Assembly: GCF_001194135.2 (NCBI RefSeq)
Contig: NC_068983.1
Span: 26,729,259-26,781,436, forward strand
Direction: 5' to 3'
DNA length: 52,178 nucleotides
From: Octopus bimaculoides
Lineage: Eukaryota
Positions within the stretch are counted from its first letter, which is position 1; each line of letters starts with the position of its first letter. The position numbers and the translations under genes were made by a program. The notes under the pieces are model-generated. The model was not told the origin of the DNA. It saw only the letters and a list, made by a program, of their open reading frames with translations, and did not search any database. Below, one piece after another: positions 38,040-52,128 of the stretch.

Positions 38040-38480
38040 ACTTCTTGAAAGGGCAGAAAAGGAATAGGAGCAAACATGAGGATGTTAGTGTAACACAACT
38101 TAGTAAAATTATTTGGGTATAGGAAGGGGAATAAGTTAGAGACTTCTCGTGATGGATTCCGAGATCAATGTTATTTCGTTCAATTGTGGATCGTTGAATA
38201 TATTCGTTCTCAGGAGGGGTTCTTTGCAGGAAGGGTGAATTTAGGCAGTAGTTCGTATTATGTTTACATAGCAATCCACATTATGTTTACATAGAAATAC
38301 GGAGGTGGATTTCAAAGTATAGTCCGTGTTACGGAGGTAAAATTTTATATGTAAAGAGCCAGTTAGTAAGTGCAACGTTGCGGATGGTATGGCATAAGGA
38401 GTCTATGATGGTGAACTCATCATGGGAAAGTTTGGTATATGAGTGTACTAATGAGAGTAAGGAACCAGGTGGGGGACAAA
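38040..38480 (-). mobile_element. Highly decayed CR1/L2-like RT C-terminal fragment
   Basis: Minus-strand pieces TKLSH..IIDSL..NVALTNW and IDLGIHHEKSLTYSP resemble DDTKL..LQ.DL..L..W and KDLGI.....L.FS.H. Confidence 0.45.
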
Positions 38481-38524
38481 GTGCGGTCTTAGTGCTCGTT
38501 ATTATTCGGTGAACAGCATTTTGT

Positions 38525-38638
38525 CTGTGTCTGTGCCTGTAATGCTTGACAACTGGTATTGGTGTGTTTGCATCCTCTAACTAACCGTTCGGCGAAAGGG
38601 TACGATAGAAATAGTTCTATGCCTAACAAACAAGTAAT
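38525..38638 (+). mobile_element. SINE family B internal fragment, cut by an N-gap
   Basis: GCTTGACAACTGGTATTGGTGTGTTTGCATCC..TAAC..GTTCGGCGAAAG..CGATAGAA aligns with 32359-32430. Confidence 0.7.
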
Positions 38639-39313
38639 NNNNNNNNNNNNNNNNNNNNNNNNNNNNNNNNNNNNNNNNNNNNNNNNNNNNNNNNNNNNNN
38701 NNNNNNNNNNNNNNNNNNNNNNNNNNNNNNNNNNNNNNNNNNNNNNNNNNNNNNNNNNNNNNNNNNNNNNNNNNNNNNNNNNNNNNNNNNNNNNNNNNNN
38801 NNNNNNNNNNNNNNNNNNNNNNNNNNNNNNNNNNNNNNNNNNNNNNNNNNNNNNNNNNNNNNATATATATATACTCATAAATACATGTATGTATATGCAT
38901 GTACATACTTCCTCTCATTTCCTCTTCCTCTTTTCATTTTGATCTATCTCCTCATTCTAATCATACACATCTCTTCCCTCCACCATCTATCCACAAATAC
39001 TACCAATACATTCTCAAATGTTCATTCACACGAGAAGACGCTTTCGAATGAGCTACACAAAATACACGGCTAAATACTTTGAAATGACTAAACATGGACT
39101 ACTATTGGAACTTACATACTATGTACAAGAAACTTTTTTATCACTTCTATACACCACTTTCCTCGAATACTGGAACTGCAAGTACAATATCTTTATATAT
39201 TTTATATTTTATTCCTACTTTCATTCTCTTATTTCCCTCTATATTCCCTATCTCCTCCTTTTCTATATTAATTCCTTATTTCGAACATAAATATTTACTT
39301 CTATTTAACCATA

Positions 39314-39345
<32 letters not shown>

Positions 39346-39857
39346 NNNNNNNNNNNNNNNNNNNNNNNNNNNNNNNNNNNNNNNNNNNNNNNNNNNNNNN
39401 NNNNNNNNNNNNNNNNNNNNNNNNNNNNNNNNNNNNNNNNNNNNNNNNNNNNNNNNNNNNNNNNNNNNNNNNNNNNNNNNNNNNNNNNNNNNNNNNNNNN
39501 NNNNNNNNNNNNNNNNNNNNNNNNNNNNNNNNNNNNNNNNNNNNNNNNNNNNNNNNNNNNNNNNNNNNNNNNNNNNNNNNNNNNNNNNNNNNNNNNNNNN
39601 NNNNNNNNNNNNNNNNNNNNNNNNNNNNNNNNNNNNNNNNNNNNNNNNNNNNNNNNNNNNNNNNNNNNNNNNNNNNNNNNNNNNNNNNNNNNNNNNNNNN
39701 NNNNNNNNNNNNNNNNNNNNNNNNNNNNNNNNNNNNNNNNNNNNNNNNNNNNNNNNNNNNNNNNNNNNNNNNNNNNNNNNNNNNNNNNNNNNNNNNNNNN
39801 NNNNNNNNNNNNNNNNNNNNNNNNNATATACATACATACATACATATACATATGCAT

Positions 39858-39888
<31 letters not shown>

Positions 39889-41062
39889 ACACAAACCCAT
39901 AGCGACCTGCATACGTCGGAGTACATATGTACAAATGAAGATGGAAATTAATCACAGTTAAAATAATAAATACAAAGTAAAATAGTGTTTTATTGAAGCT
40001 GAAAAGACTTCAGAATATGTTACTTTCTGTTTTCGTTACTCATCAACGGACAGTCGTGAGTATTAAGAAGTAAAGTGAATACATATAACCAGTATAGTTA
40101 TTAATATCTAGTAATGTATTGAAAGGTCATAATTAATATTTAGCAACATGTTGGATGGTCATAACTCTCAGTCGAAACTGCTTTAAATGTTCATTTTATG
40201 AGTTGCTACATAATAATCACTCCACAATTTATAAATACATACCAGCCATAGCTCTTCTCCAAATTGAGTGCCTGATGATGGGTTAAGTTAAAATCTGAGG
40301 AACAGGTTGTTAGATCCCTTTATCTTCAATATACACGCGCACGCACGTATATATTTATATGCGCACATACATAGTATATATATATATTTTACTTTTATCA
40401 TTGATCCTTGTACTATGGCTCGTCACACATGATTTGCCTGTGGAAATACACGCATGTATATGTATATATTTATGCGTGTGTGTGTGTGTGAGCGTGTGCG
40501 TGTATATATACACTCATATATGTATATATATATATNNNNNNNNNNNNNNNNNNNNNNNNNNNNNNNNNNNNNNNNNNNNNNNNNNNNNNNNNNNNNNNNN
40601 NNNNNNNNNNNNNNNNNNNNNNNNNNNNNNNNNNNNNNNNNNNNNNNNNNNNNNNNNNNNNNNNNNNNNNNNNNNNNNNNNNNNNNNNNNNNNNNNNNNN
40701 NNNNNNNNNNNNNNNNNNNNNNNNNNNNNNNNNNNNNNNNNNNNNNNNNNNNNNNNNNNNNNNNNNNNNNNNNNNNNNNNNNNNNNNNNNNNNNNNNNNN
40801 NNNNNNNNNNNNNNNNNNNNNNNNNNNNNNNNNNNNNNNNNNNNNNNNNNNNNNNNNNNNNNNNNNNNNNNNNNNNNNNNNNNNNNNNNNNNNNNNNNNN
40901 NNNNNNNNNNNNNNNNNNNNNNNNNNNNNNNNNNNNNNNNNNNNNNNNNNNNNNNNNNNNNNNNNNNNNNNNNNNNNNNNNNNNNNNNNNNNNNNNNNNN
41001 NNNNNNNNNNNNNNNNNNNNNNNNNNNNNNNNNNNNNNNNNNNNNNNNNNNNNNNNNNNNNN

Positions 41063-41118
<56 letters not shown>

Positions 41119-41620
41119 TGTGTGTGTGTGTGTTTGTGTGTGTGTGCGTGTGTATATATTAAACTGATACAAAGTAGCGAGAGATCCAACAGCAAGATAG
41201 ACTCAAATGGTACATTACCAACATATACGTATTTGCGCTTTTACTGTGCTGGTAATGCTCACGTGATATATCCCTATGTTTCGATGTATCTAAATAGTAT
41301 TACATTTAAATTCATTCGCTATGTTTTATCTCTCTAAATACATGTCCGAAGTATATTTCTAAGAAATCCATTTCTTCTGATGTATGTTTGATGATGTGTT
41401 CCTACAACAGACATTCCTGATTCAAATCGAAATGGCTTACTGAATTCTTAATCTAGCTGTCTTTGTAGATACTTCTATTAAGTTGAAAAAAAAATGATGT
41501 GACTGTCTGCTCCCATTAACTTACTGTTTAAGCGTACCGATTTGAGATAGCCATTACCGTTGCAAAGGAATCTTTGCTTTTTGCATTGATATTGATAATA
41601 ATAAATATTTAAACATCCTA

Positions 41621-41621
<1 letters not shown>

Positions 41622-41693
<72 letters not shown>
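41622..41693. repeat. (CTA)n microsatellite
   Basis: Direct array. Confidence 0.95.
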
Positions 41694-41694
<1 letters not shown>

Positions 41695-41807
41695 AGGCTA
41701 TTGGTAAAGACTGCAAAAATAACATTATTAAAAATGGAAACAAATGGATAAAATGATAAATATAATAGAACAAAATATATGAGAATGTAAAACACTAAGA
41801 TTTCTTG

Positions 41808-42026
41808 AGGATGATGATGATGATGATGATGACGACGAAAAAGATGATGACGATGATGATGATGATGATGATGATTATGAGGATGTTGATGATGATGATG
41901 ATGATGACGACGACGACGACGACGATGATGATGATGACGGTGATGGTGATGATGATGATCATGATGATGATGATGATGATGATGACGATGATGATGATGT
42001 TGATGATGATGATGATGATGATGATA
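41808..42026. repeat. Interrupted (GAT)n microsatellite
   Basis: Direct array; the source of the poly-M, poly-H and poly-I ORFs. Confidence 0.95.
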
Positions 42027-42739
42027 AATGGGTTGAAGCACAAGCAGTAAGAAAATAAATGTGAGTTAAAAAGAATGAAAAAGAGAAAGAAGTAACTGCA
42101 CGCCAAAAGTGGAAGAAGGAAAAACATAAATCAAGAGGAAAACCAATTATAGATGCAAAAATATCTCGTAAACGCAATGAAAATGGCTTACAGTAGGAAT
42201 TGGAGCTAACAGGCACTTCAAAGTCCTGGAAGGTAAAATCTTTGAATTATAAACTTTATAACCCATGCTGTTTATCAACTCTAACGTTTTAAAAACCAAG
42301 TTATTTTATCTAAAAATGAATAACATGACGTCCAGTACGTTCAGACACGATAGGCCAGACATATCTGACAGTTTAAAGGAAAGAAGTTTTAACCGACATA
42401 TTTATGTCTCTATATCAATCGTTAAGTTGCATGGCAGAGGATAAATGTTGTAATTGGCGGTAGGAATTATTTGCTAACGACATTGCTGAGAGAAGATGCG
42501 ATTAAGACTCTGCACTTTTGTTGCTTGCATTTTGGTATAACTCACACATGATTATTCATAGTTAGGAAGTCTATAGAAAGGGAAGAATATCAGATTATTA
42601 AGGGTACTTATTTTATCGCGTATGTACAAATGATGCATAAAAAAACATATATCATTTGAACGTATTTAAAAACATAAGAATTTATACTGCATTCAGTCTG
42701 ACACACAATCACAATGCGATATATATGTGTGCAGTATGT

Positions 42740-42747
<8 letters not shown>

Positions 42748-42793
<46 letters not shown>

Positions 42794-42861
42794 TTATATA
42801 AGGGCATTACTATAAAATAATGCCTCATACGTATGTATGTATGTATATATAGAGACAGATT

Positions 42862-42923
<62 letters not shown>

Positions 42924-42970
42924 CAGATAGATAGATAGGTAGGTAGGTAGGTAGATAGATAGAGATAGAG
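42748..42970. repeat. (AT)n and (GATA)n/(GGTA)n microsatellites
   Basis: Direct arrays. Confidence 0.95.
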
Positions 42971-43971
42971 AGAAAGGAAGTGTTTAAGTTATATGAATAT
43001 CTTCCCTTATGTAAACGATTTTTCATAAAATATTTAGTTATTTTCTCCATTCTCATACGACATCTTAATTAATGTAAAATAGATAACGTATCGAGATTCA
43101 GACATAGTATTATTATAGGAACTTATTTGTCATTACTATACAATTTTGTTTCAGTAATACTAATTGGAACATAAGAATATTCTATAAAGATATATTAAGT
43201 GTAATCAATTATATTTATCTTTTCTCTTCAATTACCCATATCGCTATATTCAAACCATTTATAATTTACTAAAATAATGCAAATACAAAATGAAAAACCA
43301 ACCGTAAGCTTATCAGACATTGTGCTGTTAAGGTGATAAATGATGGAATGGAGTATTATTTAATTTAACATAACTATTGCAGAGAGAAATATATGAGGAA
43401 TAACAGTATTTGGATATATTTTGTGTTTACTATCAATTAAGGAATATGTAATCCATAAAATATTAGAATTCGGATGCTTACTATATTCGAAAATCAACCG
43501 AATTTGAAAGGTCTAGTGTTGTTTTCCTGATATTAAGATGGCACGTGTTAATATGCATGTCTGCATGTCATATATAAATGTATATGTATTTTCGACAATA
43601 TATTAACACTATTAAAATCATTATTTTCAATGTTTAAAAACCTACCAACACCACCACTTCTATGTCCTTTATCTCAAAGGCCATTTCGACCATGCCACGT
43701 CCCGTATCACCTACGGATTTTTTTTTATTTCTGATTTCTATCAATAGGGAATTACTAATACTTGAATATCATCCACAAAACTACAAATTACCTACATAAT
43801 TCTTGCTCTTTGTTTCGTCGATATCATTATAAAGTTATCACTAGCTATATGCAACATTATCATCACTGACAGTCACATGAACAATAATAATTAAAATACA
43901 CAGTATAATTATAATTTACCAGAAAACTGACATTAGAATCATCCCGATTATGGTGAACAACATCCTAAACA

Positions 43972-44070
43972 TCACCATCATCAACACCATCATCATCATC
44001 ATCATCCGTGTCATCATCATTATCATCATCATCATCATCGTTTTCCTCATCGTCGAAATCATCATCATAA
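43972..44070. repeat. Interrupted (CAT)n microsatellite
   Basis: Direct array. Confidence 0.9.
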
Positions 44071-47000
44071 AATCATACAACCTACAAGTGAAATTTCATA
44101 ATCAAACCATTATAGTGACCTAGTTTTTGAAACCGCAAATCATAAAGAAACTGAAACGTACAAAACATTCAAAATATTACTAATGATATTATTTCTAGAG
44201 ACTCGATTAAACACTCCCTCGAGCTACGTTTGTATTTATTTTAAATTCAGAATGTCTATAATACTTTCACACCATTCTAATTGCATATTAAATATTCCAG
44301 TTTAAATATCGCTTTCGTAATTGACAACAAATCTCAAATGCACAGATATTCAACTTTTAATCTTTTACAGAGTTCATGTATTGGACTGGGGCCATAGTTT
44401 GAGAAAGGACAGACAGGCGTTTAGCCATTTACGATAACTGCAATATTTTTATCCGGTGAGTATAAAAAGGCATTCAAACGCAATCATATAGAGATTCACA
44501 CACATACNNNNNNNNNNNNNNNNNNNNNNNNNNNNNNNNNNNNNNNNNNNNNNNNNNNNNNNNNNNNNNNNNNNNNNNNNNNNNNNNNNNNNNNNNNNNN
44601 NNNNNNNNNNNNNNNNNNNNNNNNNNNNNNNNNNNNNNNNNNNNNNNNNNNNNNNNNNNNNNNNNNNNNNNNNNNATATATATACATGCGTATATATGTC
44701 TCTGTGAGTGTAAGTCTGTATACATATCTCTCTCTCTCTATATATATATATATGTGTCCATGTGTTTGTGCATGTGCTTGTGTCCATTTGAGAAACTTCA
44801 TATTTAATTTGTGAGATGCTAGACGCGTATAACCGTTCCTAATTTGTTCTCCCTGACTGACGGAGAAAGGTTAATAAATTATGGCTTACAGACCTGTAAC
44901 AAATGGAGTTTTCAAATCAATCAAATGATAAAACTGGGCTACATTCACCGTTTGTTTAAATGACAGATTGAACACCGTCCAGTATGTGATTTCTATGAGA
45001 ACAAATCATTTCATAAGAAGAAATTTTTGATGGAACTAAAACATCTATGTATATTAACAGCAGAGAATTATTGGAAGAAAGTTTCTTTTTTAATAAATAC
45101 ATTTAATTACGTTGAATAAACTATGGAACATTCAGATACACACGGACGTAACTGAAGACAAATTTGTGTAACCGCTTTTATCTTCTTCAGTTTTGCGCAA
45201 ACCATTTGTGCGACAGCTATTGTGCCCGGTAGCACTTGATATAATTTTCAGCTTACCTTTCGATTGGTAACTTTATCGAATACTTTAGTGCGTCAATTCG
45301 ATTTCTTTTTGTTTCAGTCCTATATTCGAAAGGGAAACCGAAAATTTCGAATCATCCTTTCACACGGGTAAATTTTGATATCCCTAGCATATACCGTATA
45401 TATCCTTAATCGGTTTACCAATTTTCTTCCTTCTTGGAAAGTAAATTCCTTTTTTTTTTATTGTGGAACTATAATGTCGGAAAGTATCAAACTTAAAATA
45501 CTTTACCATATTAGAACCATTTGATTTTAATCTGAGTAATCAAATGATGCATTCTTCCACGAAATCATCTCGCATTTTACTTTCTTAAATTTTTCCAATC
45601 TGAATANNNNNNNNNNNNNNNNNNNNNNNNNNNNNNNNNNNNNNNNNNNNNNNATATAATATAACCACATGAAATGTCTTCTAAGTTTTCGTATTTGATT
45701 TCCGATTGTGAATCATCTGAGACATTCTAATATTTTCGTCTCTTGTGTTTGATAACGAATGTAGATTTCAGAAGTAATTGTTTTTGCCGAATATTATATG
45801 TATAGATTTTGTGATACTAACTCCATCTTGAATATTTCTTGCTGTTGTATCTTCCTCATTGCAGGTGTTTCTTCAGACGTTAAGTATTGGGACTTAATTT
45901 ACATTCATTAATGCATAAATTATTATCATTATTATTATTATTATTATATGCATTTTGTCTACGAAGGAATATTTGCAGTTCTTCTGAATAATTGATGCTG
46001 GTGCGATTCCACATATACGGCTTGTCAGAATAAATGGAATATTACTTTAGGAAGAGATGGAAGCCAATATCTAAAGATTCAGCATTTTTATATATATCTG
46101 TATATTTACATCACATTTGAAATAGTCTCCATTAGTCACCAAAATGTGGAAGACGAATTAATCTTTCCTTCATCTCCATTGTGAATTGTTAGAGATTAAG
46201 TCAAGTTCTTCCTTATATCTGAAGGAAAGAAACATAATTTTATAGAGGTGATACAGGAGAATGTTTGATAAATATTGTCAAACGAAAATTAAGAAAAACT
46301 TTTTTTCCGACATCGAAGAAGGTACTGTAACCGATTAATACGTGTGTTTGAAAAGCTGAGGAGACTGAAGGAGCTTGTACAAGAGCTCTTTCCTCTTAGA
46401 TCTGTGTGAATCTGCTTTGTCGAAGTATATTTTAATACAATTAATACACTAGCTTTTCTTTAAAAGTGTCTTTTAAAAGTGTATGTGTGTGTATGCGGGC
46501 AGATGTGTGTGCCTATATATTAATGTATGTATATGTATATATCTTCATATATATATTGAAATAGATAGATAGATAGCTAGATAGAGTGAGGGAGAGAGAG
46601 AGAGGGGGGAAACATGGCATAGTCTGTAGTGATTGCCTCAAAACCTCAGACTTCTCTTTCCATTAGTTGTACATAAATATGTCCAAGATGCATACACATT
46701 TTTTAAAATCTTTCACTCGATATACAACAGTTAATTTCTCTATAGAATGTTAAGATATAATGGAGGCAGTCTGCAAATGCATACAACGTAACCATAGTAA
46801 TAACATAATTTTTAAATCATTATAATTTATCTGAGGATATATTATAATATTTTCAAGGGAATACATAAATTCCATTGCATGTGTGGAGAATGATTTCTCC
46901 ACAAACGCATACTCACCCCAGAAAACATACACTCACACGCGCACATACACACATACACACGCACAGACACATACACATCACACGTCACACATTTAAGCAT

Positions 47001-47717
47001 GACATATCCCGCTGAGTTACATAACAGATTTTACATTTTAATACAATATTCTAATGTAATAATTTATACATTCGACGGAGCAGAATGGCCTTATAAAATC
47101 CAAGTAAAACTTTAGTTTGTCTTTTGCTGTCATTTCTAACTAAAATTAATCATTAAGTTTTATCTTTTTTAATGTTTCAATATAAAATCAACAATTAAGA
47201 TTCAGCGAAGATACACAATATTTAATAAATATCACAGAATGAGAATATTTGATGTGGTACGAAATATGACATAAAGGTTTCTTTAATTTGAATAACGTGG
47301 CTTGCTCTCCCTACCTAGAGTAGGATTTCCCGTATATTGATAACTTGCGTATTTAATATGCTATTTGTTTGTTCTTGGTTTGAATTCAGTAGATTATGCA
47401 TATACGTGTGTATATATATATATATGTGTGTGTGCATATACATATATATATATATATACATACACATATGTGACGGTCGGTGTGTATTCACATATATACG
47501 TAAATGAATATATATATATACAGATTTATCAACAAATTAATATGTGTGTGTATGTGTAAGTTTGAGTGTTTTTAAAGAAACCTTTTGTGTACGAACGGAA
47601 CAATGTGAGAAGGTACTAATTATACCAGAAAAGGAAAACAACGCGAAACATAGAAATGGTATTGAGGAAGGATAGGAAAATATTAGATTTATAAGCCCTA
47701 AAATTCACTCCATAATT

Positions 47718-47800
47718 GCCCACGGGAATATGCCGTAGTGGTTAAGAGCGCGGGCTACTAACTCCAAGATTCCACGCATTAACCTGAATAATAATAATAA
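47718..47800 (+). mobile_element. Truncated SINE family D (tRNA-Thr-like head plus (AAT)n only)
   Basis: CACGGGAATATGCCGTAGTGGTTAAGAGCGCGGGCTACTAACTCCAAGATTCC..ACCTGAATAATAATAATAA matches 24361-24450. Confidence 0.85.
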
Positions 47801-48888
47801 TTTTTACCTTTTATACATCCAACCACGTGCTTTCACATACTAACTTTCTCACCTATATATATATATATATATGTATATTCAGATACGCCCACTCATATAT
47901 TGGCCCACTCATATATTGATATTTGTATCTACTACACTCCAGTGAATCATAAATATGTGACACATTTAATTTTTATTACAATTATATGATGTGTCAGTCA
48001 TTTCTTCTGTCTTTCCTCTTGAAGTATGTTAGTGTCTGTGTGAATGTGCATGTGTATATGTTTGTGCATGCGTGTGTGTGTGTTTCAGTGCGTTTCCGCG
48101 TGTTTTGTCTGTCCCTGTCTATATTATGTCTGTGTGTATCCTTGTACAATGAATCGCTTGTTTGCAGAATAATACGTATTAATGAAACAGTGCATTTCAC
48201 TAATATTTTATTTCATTAATAATTTCGTTATGTCCTACTAAATGGTTCACCGAAATATATAAAGGAAATTAATTTTGGTTTACAGGTTTGTGAAATTCAT
48301 GATTTCTAATCAAAGTCGTTTCTTAATCAACAAAGATATGACGTCAGTTATTAATGAAATCCGCATATACCCATATATTGATTGCACTTTTACGTTCCTT
48401 ATGCTTAGATGCACCTAATTTGTGTTGCATTACGTTTACAGCCATTCTCGAGTGACTAATAATCAAATTCAAACATACGGCAATCGATTACAAAATGTTC
48501 AGTTCCAAATACATCATCTACATAAGAAAGGATGTTCAACTCAACATGCTCAAACAATTATTCTGCTTAATTAACCTTAATTACCTGTCGTCAAATGTTT
48601 CACTACTCCCGGCTTAATTCAAGTGGATTTTCGTATATTGCATTCTATCTTATAAGGTGACACAATAACAGGTGCACAATAAATATATTTTTCTATAAGT
48701 AATCTCTTCCCCTTCTCCTTTACGCCCTCATATGCATCATTATTAGATCTCTAAGTGCAATCACTCTTTACACAATATACCTAAGATGATAATTATCTGT
48801 TCTAACCCAAACAATAATTCAAGTTTATATTACATTATTGTAGCAAAAATACAGCCAATTGACTTATGGAGTTTCCTTTCAATCAATC

Positions 48889-49093
48889 TACATGATGTCC
48901 ACACAGTTTGGGTACATGGGGATTAACACATATTTTAAGAAATTATTATATCTTATATTTAATTGTCTATGTTATGGTTTTTATTTGCTCCAGGTACCCA
49001 CATGGAGATTAACACATTATTATTTCATATATTTAATTGTTTATGGTATGATATTATTTGCTCCATGTACCCAGACCTTGTGGATACCCTGTA
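48889..49093. mobile_element. Tc1/mariner-type MITE with ~29-bp TIRs and TA target site
   Basis: Left TA-CATGATGTCCACACAGTTTGGGTACATGG versus reverse-complemented right TA-CAGGGTATCCACAAGGTCTGGGTACATGG, about 6 mismatches in 29. Confidence 0.8.
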
Positions 49094-52000
49094 TTTAAGC
49101 TGTATTTTTTAGATATTTTCTTTTACATTGCAATACACTTTGTTTTTGCCTTCATGTTCATATAAGGTATTGGAGTATTACATGTAGTGAATATGTAGAA
49201 AGTTTTTGGGATACATATTTCTGAATAGGTATCAACGATTCTTGCGGTCAATTTGGATTGTTAATTTATCTGCATATTTATTCCTAATTCTGATAAAATG
49301 TTGATAATTGTGTATTATTCTTTGCGAAATAGAGTAATTTTACTGTAAATAAATAAACTGAAACTGCAGATGAGAGAGAAATGCAGAAGAGTATCTGCCA
49401 TTAAATATATCTCTATATAAGCCAAGGTTCTAGAAATAAACGTATCTTGATATAAAGGAATTTCGTCAGAAGCAGAATCACATCTTCCTGCATAGAATAC
49501 CGCGGATGTAAATATTTCTCGTATCTATTCTTAACACTTTAATCACATAAATGACAAAAAACAGGATAGGAAGCGAAAGAGAAATATAGCAAAATGAATA
49601 TGTTGTTAAAATTGAAGATACGTGACCGACCGCTAACGTATTTAAATAATGCTATCCCTACTAGTGACAAAAGATATAACATTAGAGCAATATATTGCAA
49701 AAATTATCATTCAAAATATAAAGTAAAACTCCAACAGACATGAGTATAATGTATGCATTTTGTTTTGTATATAAGTTGTATACCCCATTAAGTTTATCTG
49801 AAAAGTATAAAATAATTTTTGAAAATTTGCAGAGAGATACCTAAAAAAAATTAACTCTTTAAAATTGTAGACGCTCTTCTACTTATAAAATGTAGAATAA
49901 CTTCGTGAAATATATATGCCATTAAAATTTACTTCATATGAGTGTCCTTGATTCCAAGTTTCCAGGGGTTGGAGGAAGTGTAAGTGATGTCGAGTAAAGC
50001 ATACCTGAACCTCTACACATATAGCATATTTTCGTTGATAATCAGCGTTTCAAGTTGTTATTATTTTCTGTTATATTCGCATAAATATACGAAATTTCTC
50101 TTGAATGCCAGTTTATTAGGGATTTTTTCTTAATATATATACATTCCTTCTTACATATAGATATGTTAAATCACCGAACAAAATGTTTTTCTCAATTTTT
50201 TCCTGTATCTGTTGTTATGAGTTCAAATAACCAATGATCGATATTGCCGTTCTTGCGTCCGGATTGACAAATGAATTAAGAATCATAATCTTGGAGAGGA
50301 GGACTCGTTTGTGCAGGAGATGAGATATATTGCGGAATTTGATCTTAAAATTGGATTTCCGAGTTCAATTATTGATGTGACCTAAGTGTGAGGAGGATTT
50401 AATCCCTCTCATATTTTAATACCTTCACTTGGTCCTCGAAATCCCTTAGCTCAGTCCACGTCACTACTTTTATTCATACTTGGTATCCAGGCTGAGGATA
50501 CGCCACTTGCATTAGGCTCGGTGTGTCTATAAACTGTCACGAATGCCGACTTCCTAAAACAAAATTAAAAGTTATGATTATGTATTTGTCTTGCAAGATT
50601 CCTGATATGAAACTTTGTGTTGAAACATAATGTTTTTTTTTTCTGCCCTCAGAATGGTCTAAACAGAACAAGAGGAGACTCAAATAAAGGACAACTAAGA
50701 ACAATGATATATCTGAAGTGAAGAACGAATGCGTGTGATTATTTTGAAAAATATATTGACCATTCCGAAAGATAACAATAAAATGAAAATTGTTCTTTCT
50801 AAACGACAAATTTCCATACGTGGAAAAATCTCCCAATCACGCCAATGAATATCATATTTCTTTGGTAAATAGACGAATATACCTAAATTTATGACGAATA
50901 TAGTATTACTGTTATGGGGGTAGGGTTTGTGTCCTTGCAAATTCATTATGGTTGATGTAGTGTTAGAAAAACATTGGAGAAATGTTTCGATTTTGTCTAA
51001 GTGGTGACATGTTAAGTATAAGGAGAAACGATCGGGTAGATACGTTGAGTCTTATTGGCGAGTAGCAAATTACCTGTTTCACTGAGCAATATTTTGAAGT
51101 GTGTTGTTAATTAAATCGAAATAATTTCCATAAGTAGCTAAATCTTGCGTAATTTTCACAGTATTTCTTTATTCATAATTACAGCTCGCTCCGATGAGCT
51201 ACAAGAAAGAAATATCAGCTGTGCGTAAAAAAAGAACTTGTGACGTATTACGAACAGTTTTCACAATATGATGTACCGAGGGCGATAATGTGCAATGCGA
51301 ATGATTTTAAAGTTTTGTGTGCATGTGTGTATATGTGTTACTAATGATTAAAAATACAGGGGGAGTCTTTTTTCTTGATTAGTGTAGTGAATTTATGTTT
51401 GTGGTAAAAAGATATATGAAGAGATTTTTGAGATTTTTATTATTACGATAGAAAAATTTCCTCATCATTAGTTTGCTATTATTTCTTTATACATATTTTA
51501 TTGATTTCGTCGAAACTAATAATTCACTTTTTATAACCAACTACGTATAAAGAGAAGACAGCTAACCAGGATCGCTTTCACAGATTTTCGAAATCAGAGT
51601 ATACATTACAGGGAAACGACGTTAATAAACCTGTGTCTACAGACTTAAGTAATGGAGAATACATATGGCAAGAACCGTATATGAAACATAATTTTAAATG
51701 TTAATGAAATATATAATGCTGCTATTAGTCCATAAGTTTAACAGAAGGATCTATGAAGTTGTACTCAACTGATAACATCTAAGTGTATTATAGAAATAAA
51801 CTCCACTTACGTTGTCTAGTACTTTTGGCTGACATGCGCCATTTGCTTCCTTTATTAATTTTGCAGAGAAGCATGTTTTTTTTTTTATGTGAGATTATCT
51901 TAATAACTATGTATGTCTGCTGAGATATGGTACTCAATGAAGATATTATGATATCTAATAGTTAATGAATAAGGATTAGGTGGCTTACTAATTATGTAGC

Positions 52001-52127
52001 TAATGAAATCCTCGCGCTCGAAAACGGTCCCTTAACGCAGTTGAACTAGTTGTATATATTTATTCACAACAGACACTAGAGTGTAATGAAAGGAGAAGCC
52101 ATATTTATACATGTTATGCATACATGC

Positions 52128-52128
52128 G

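Noticed and set aside
40270-40310. CTGATGA followed by a weak stem; also CTGATGA-TGTCAGATGTGACA at ~30092
   Set aside because: The GAAA box is absent (GAGG or AGAG instead) and there is no stem I partner.
35774-41195. Long ORFs of 200-285 aa containing X runs
   Set aside because: They are artefacts of N-gaps flanked by (AT)n/(CA)n, with no coding evidence.
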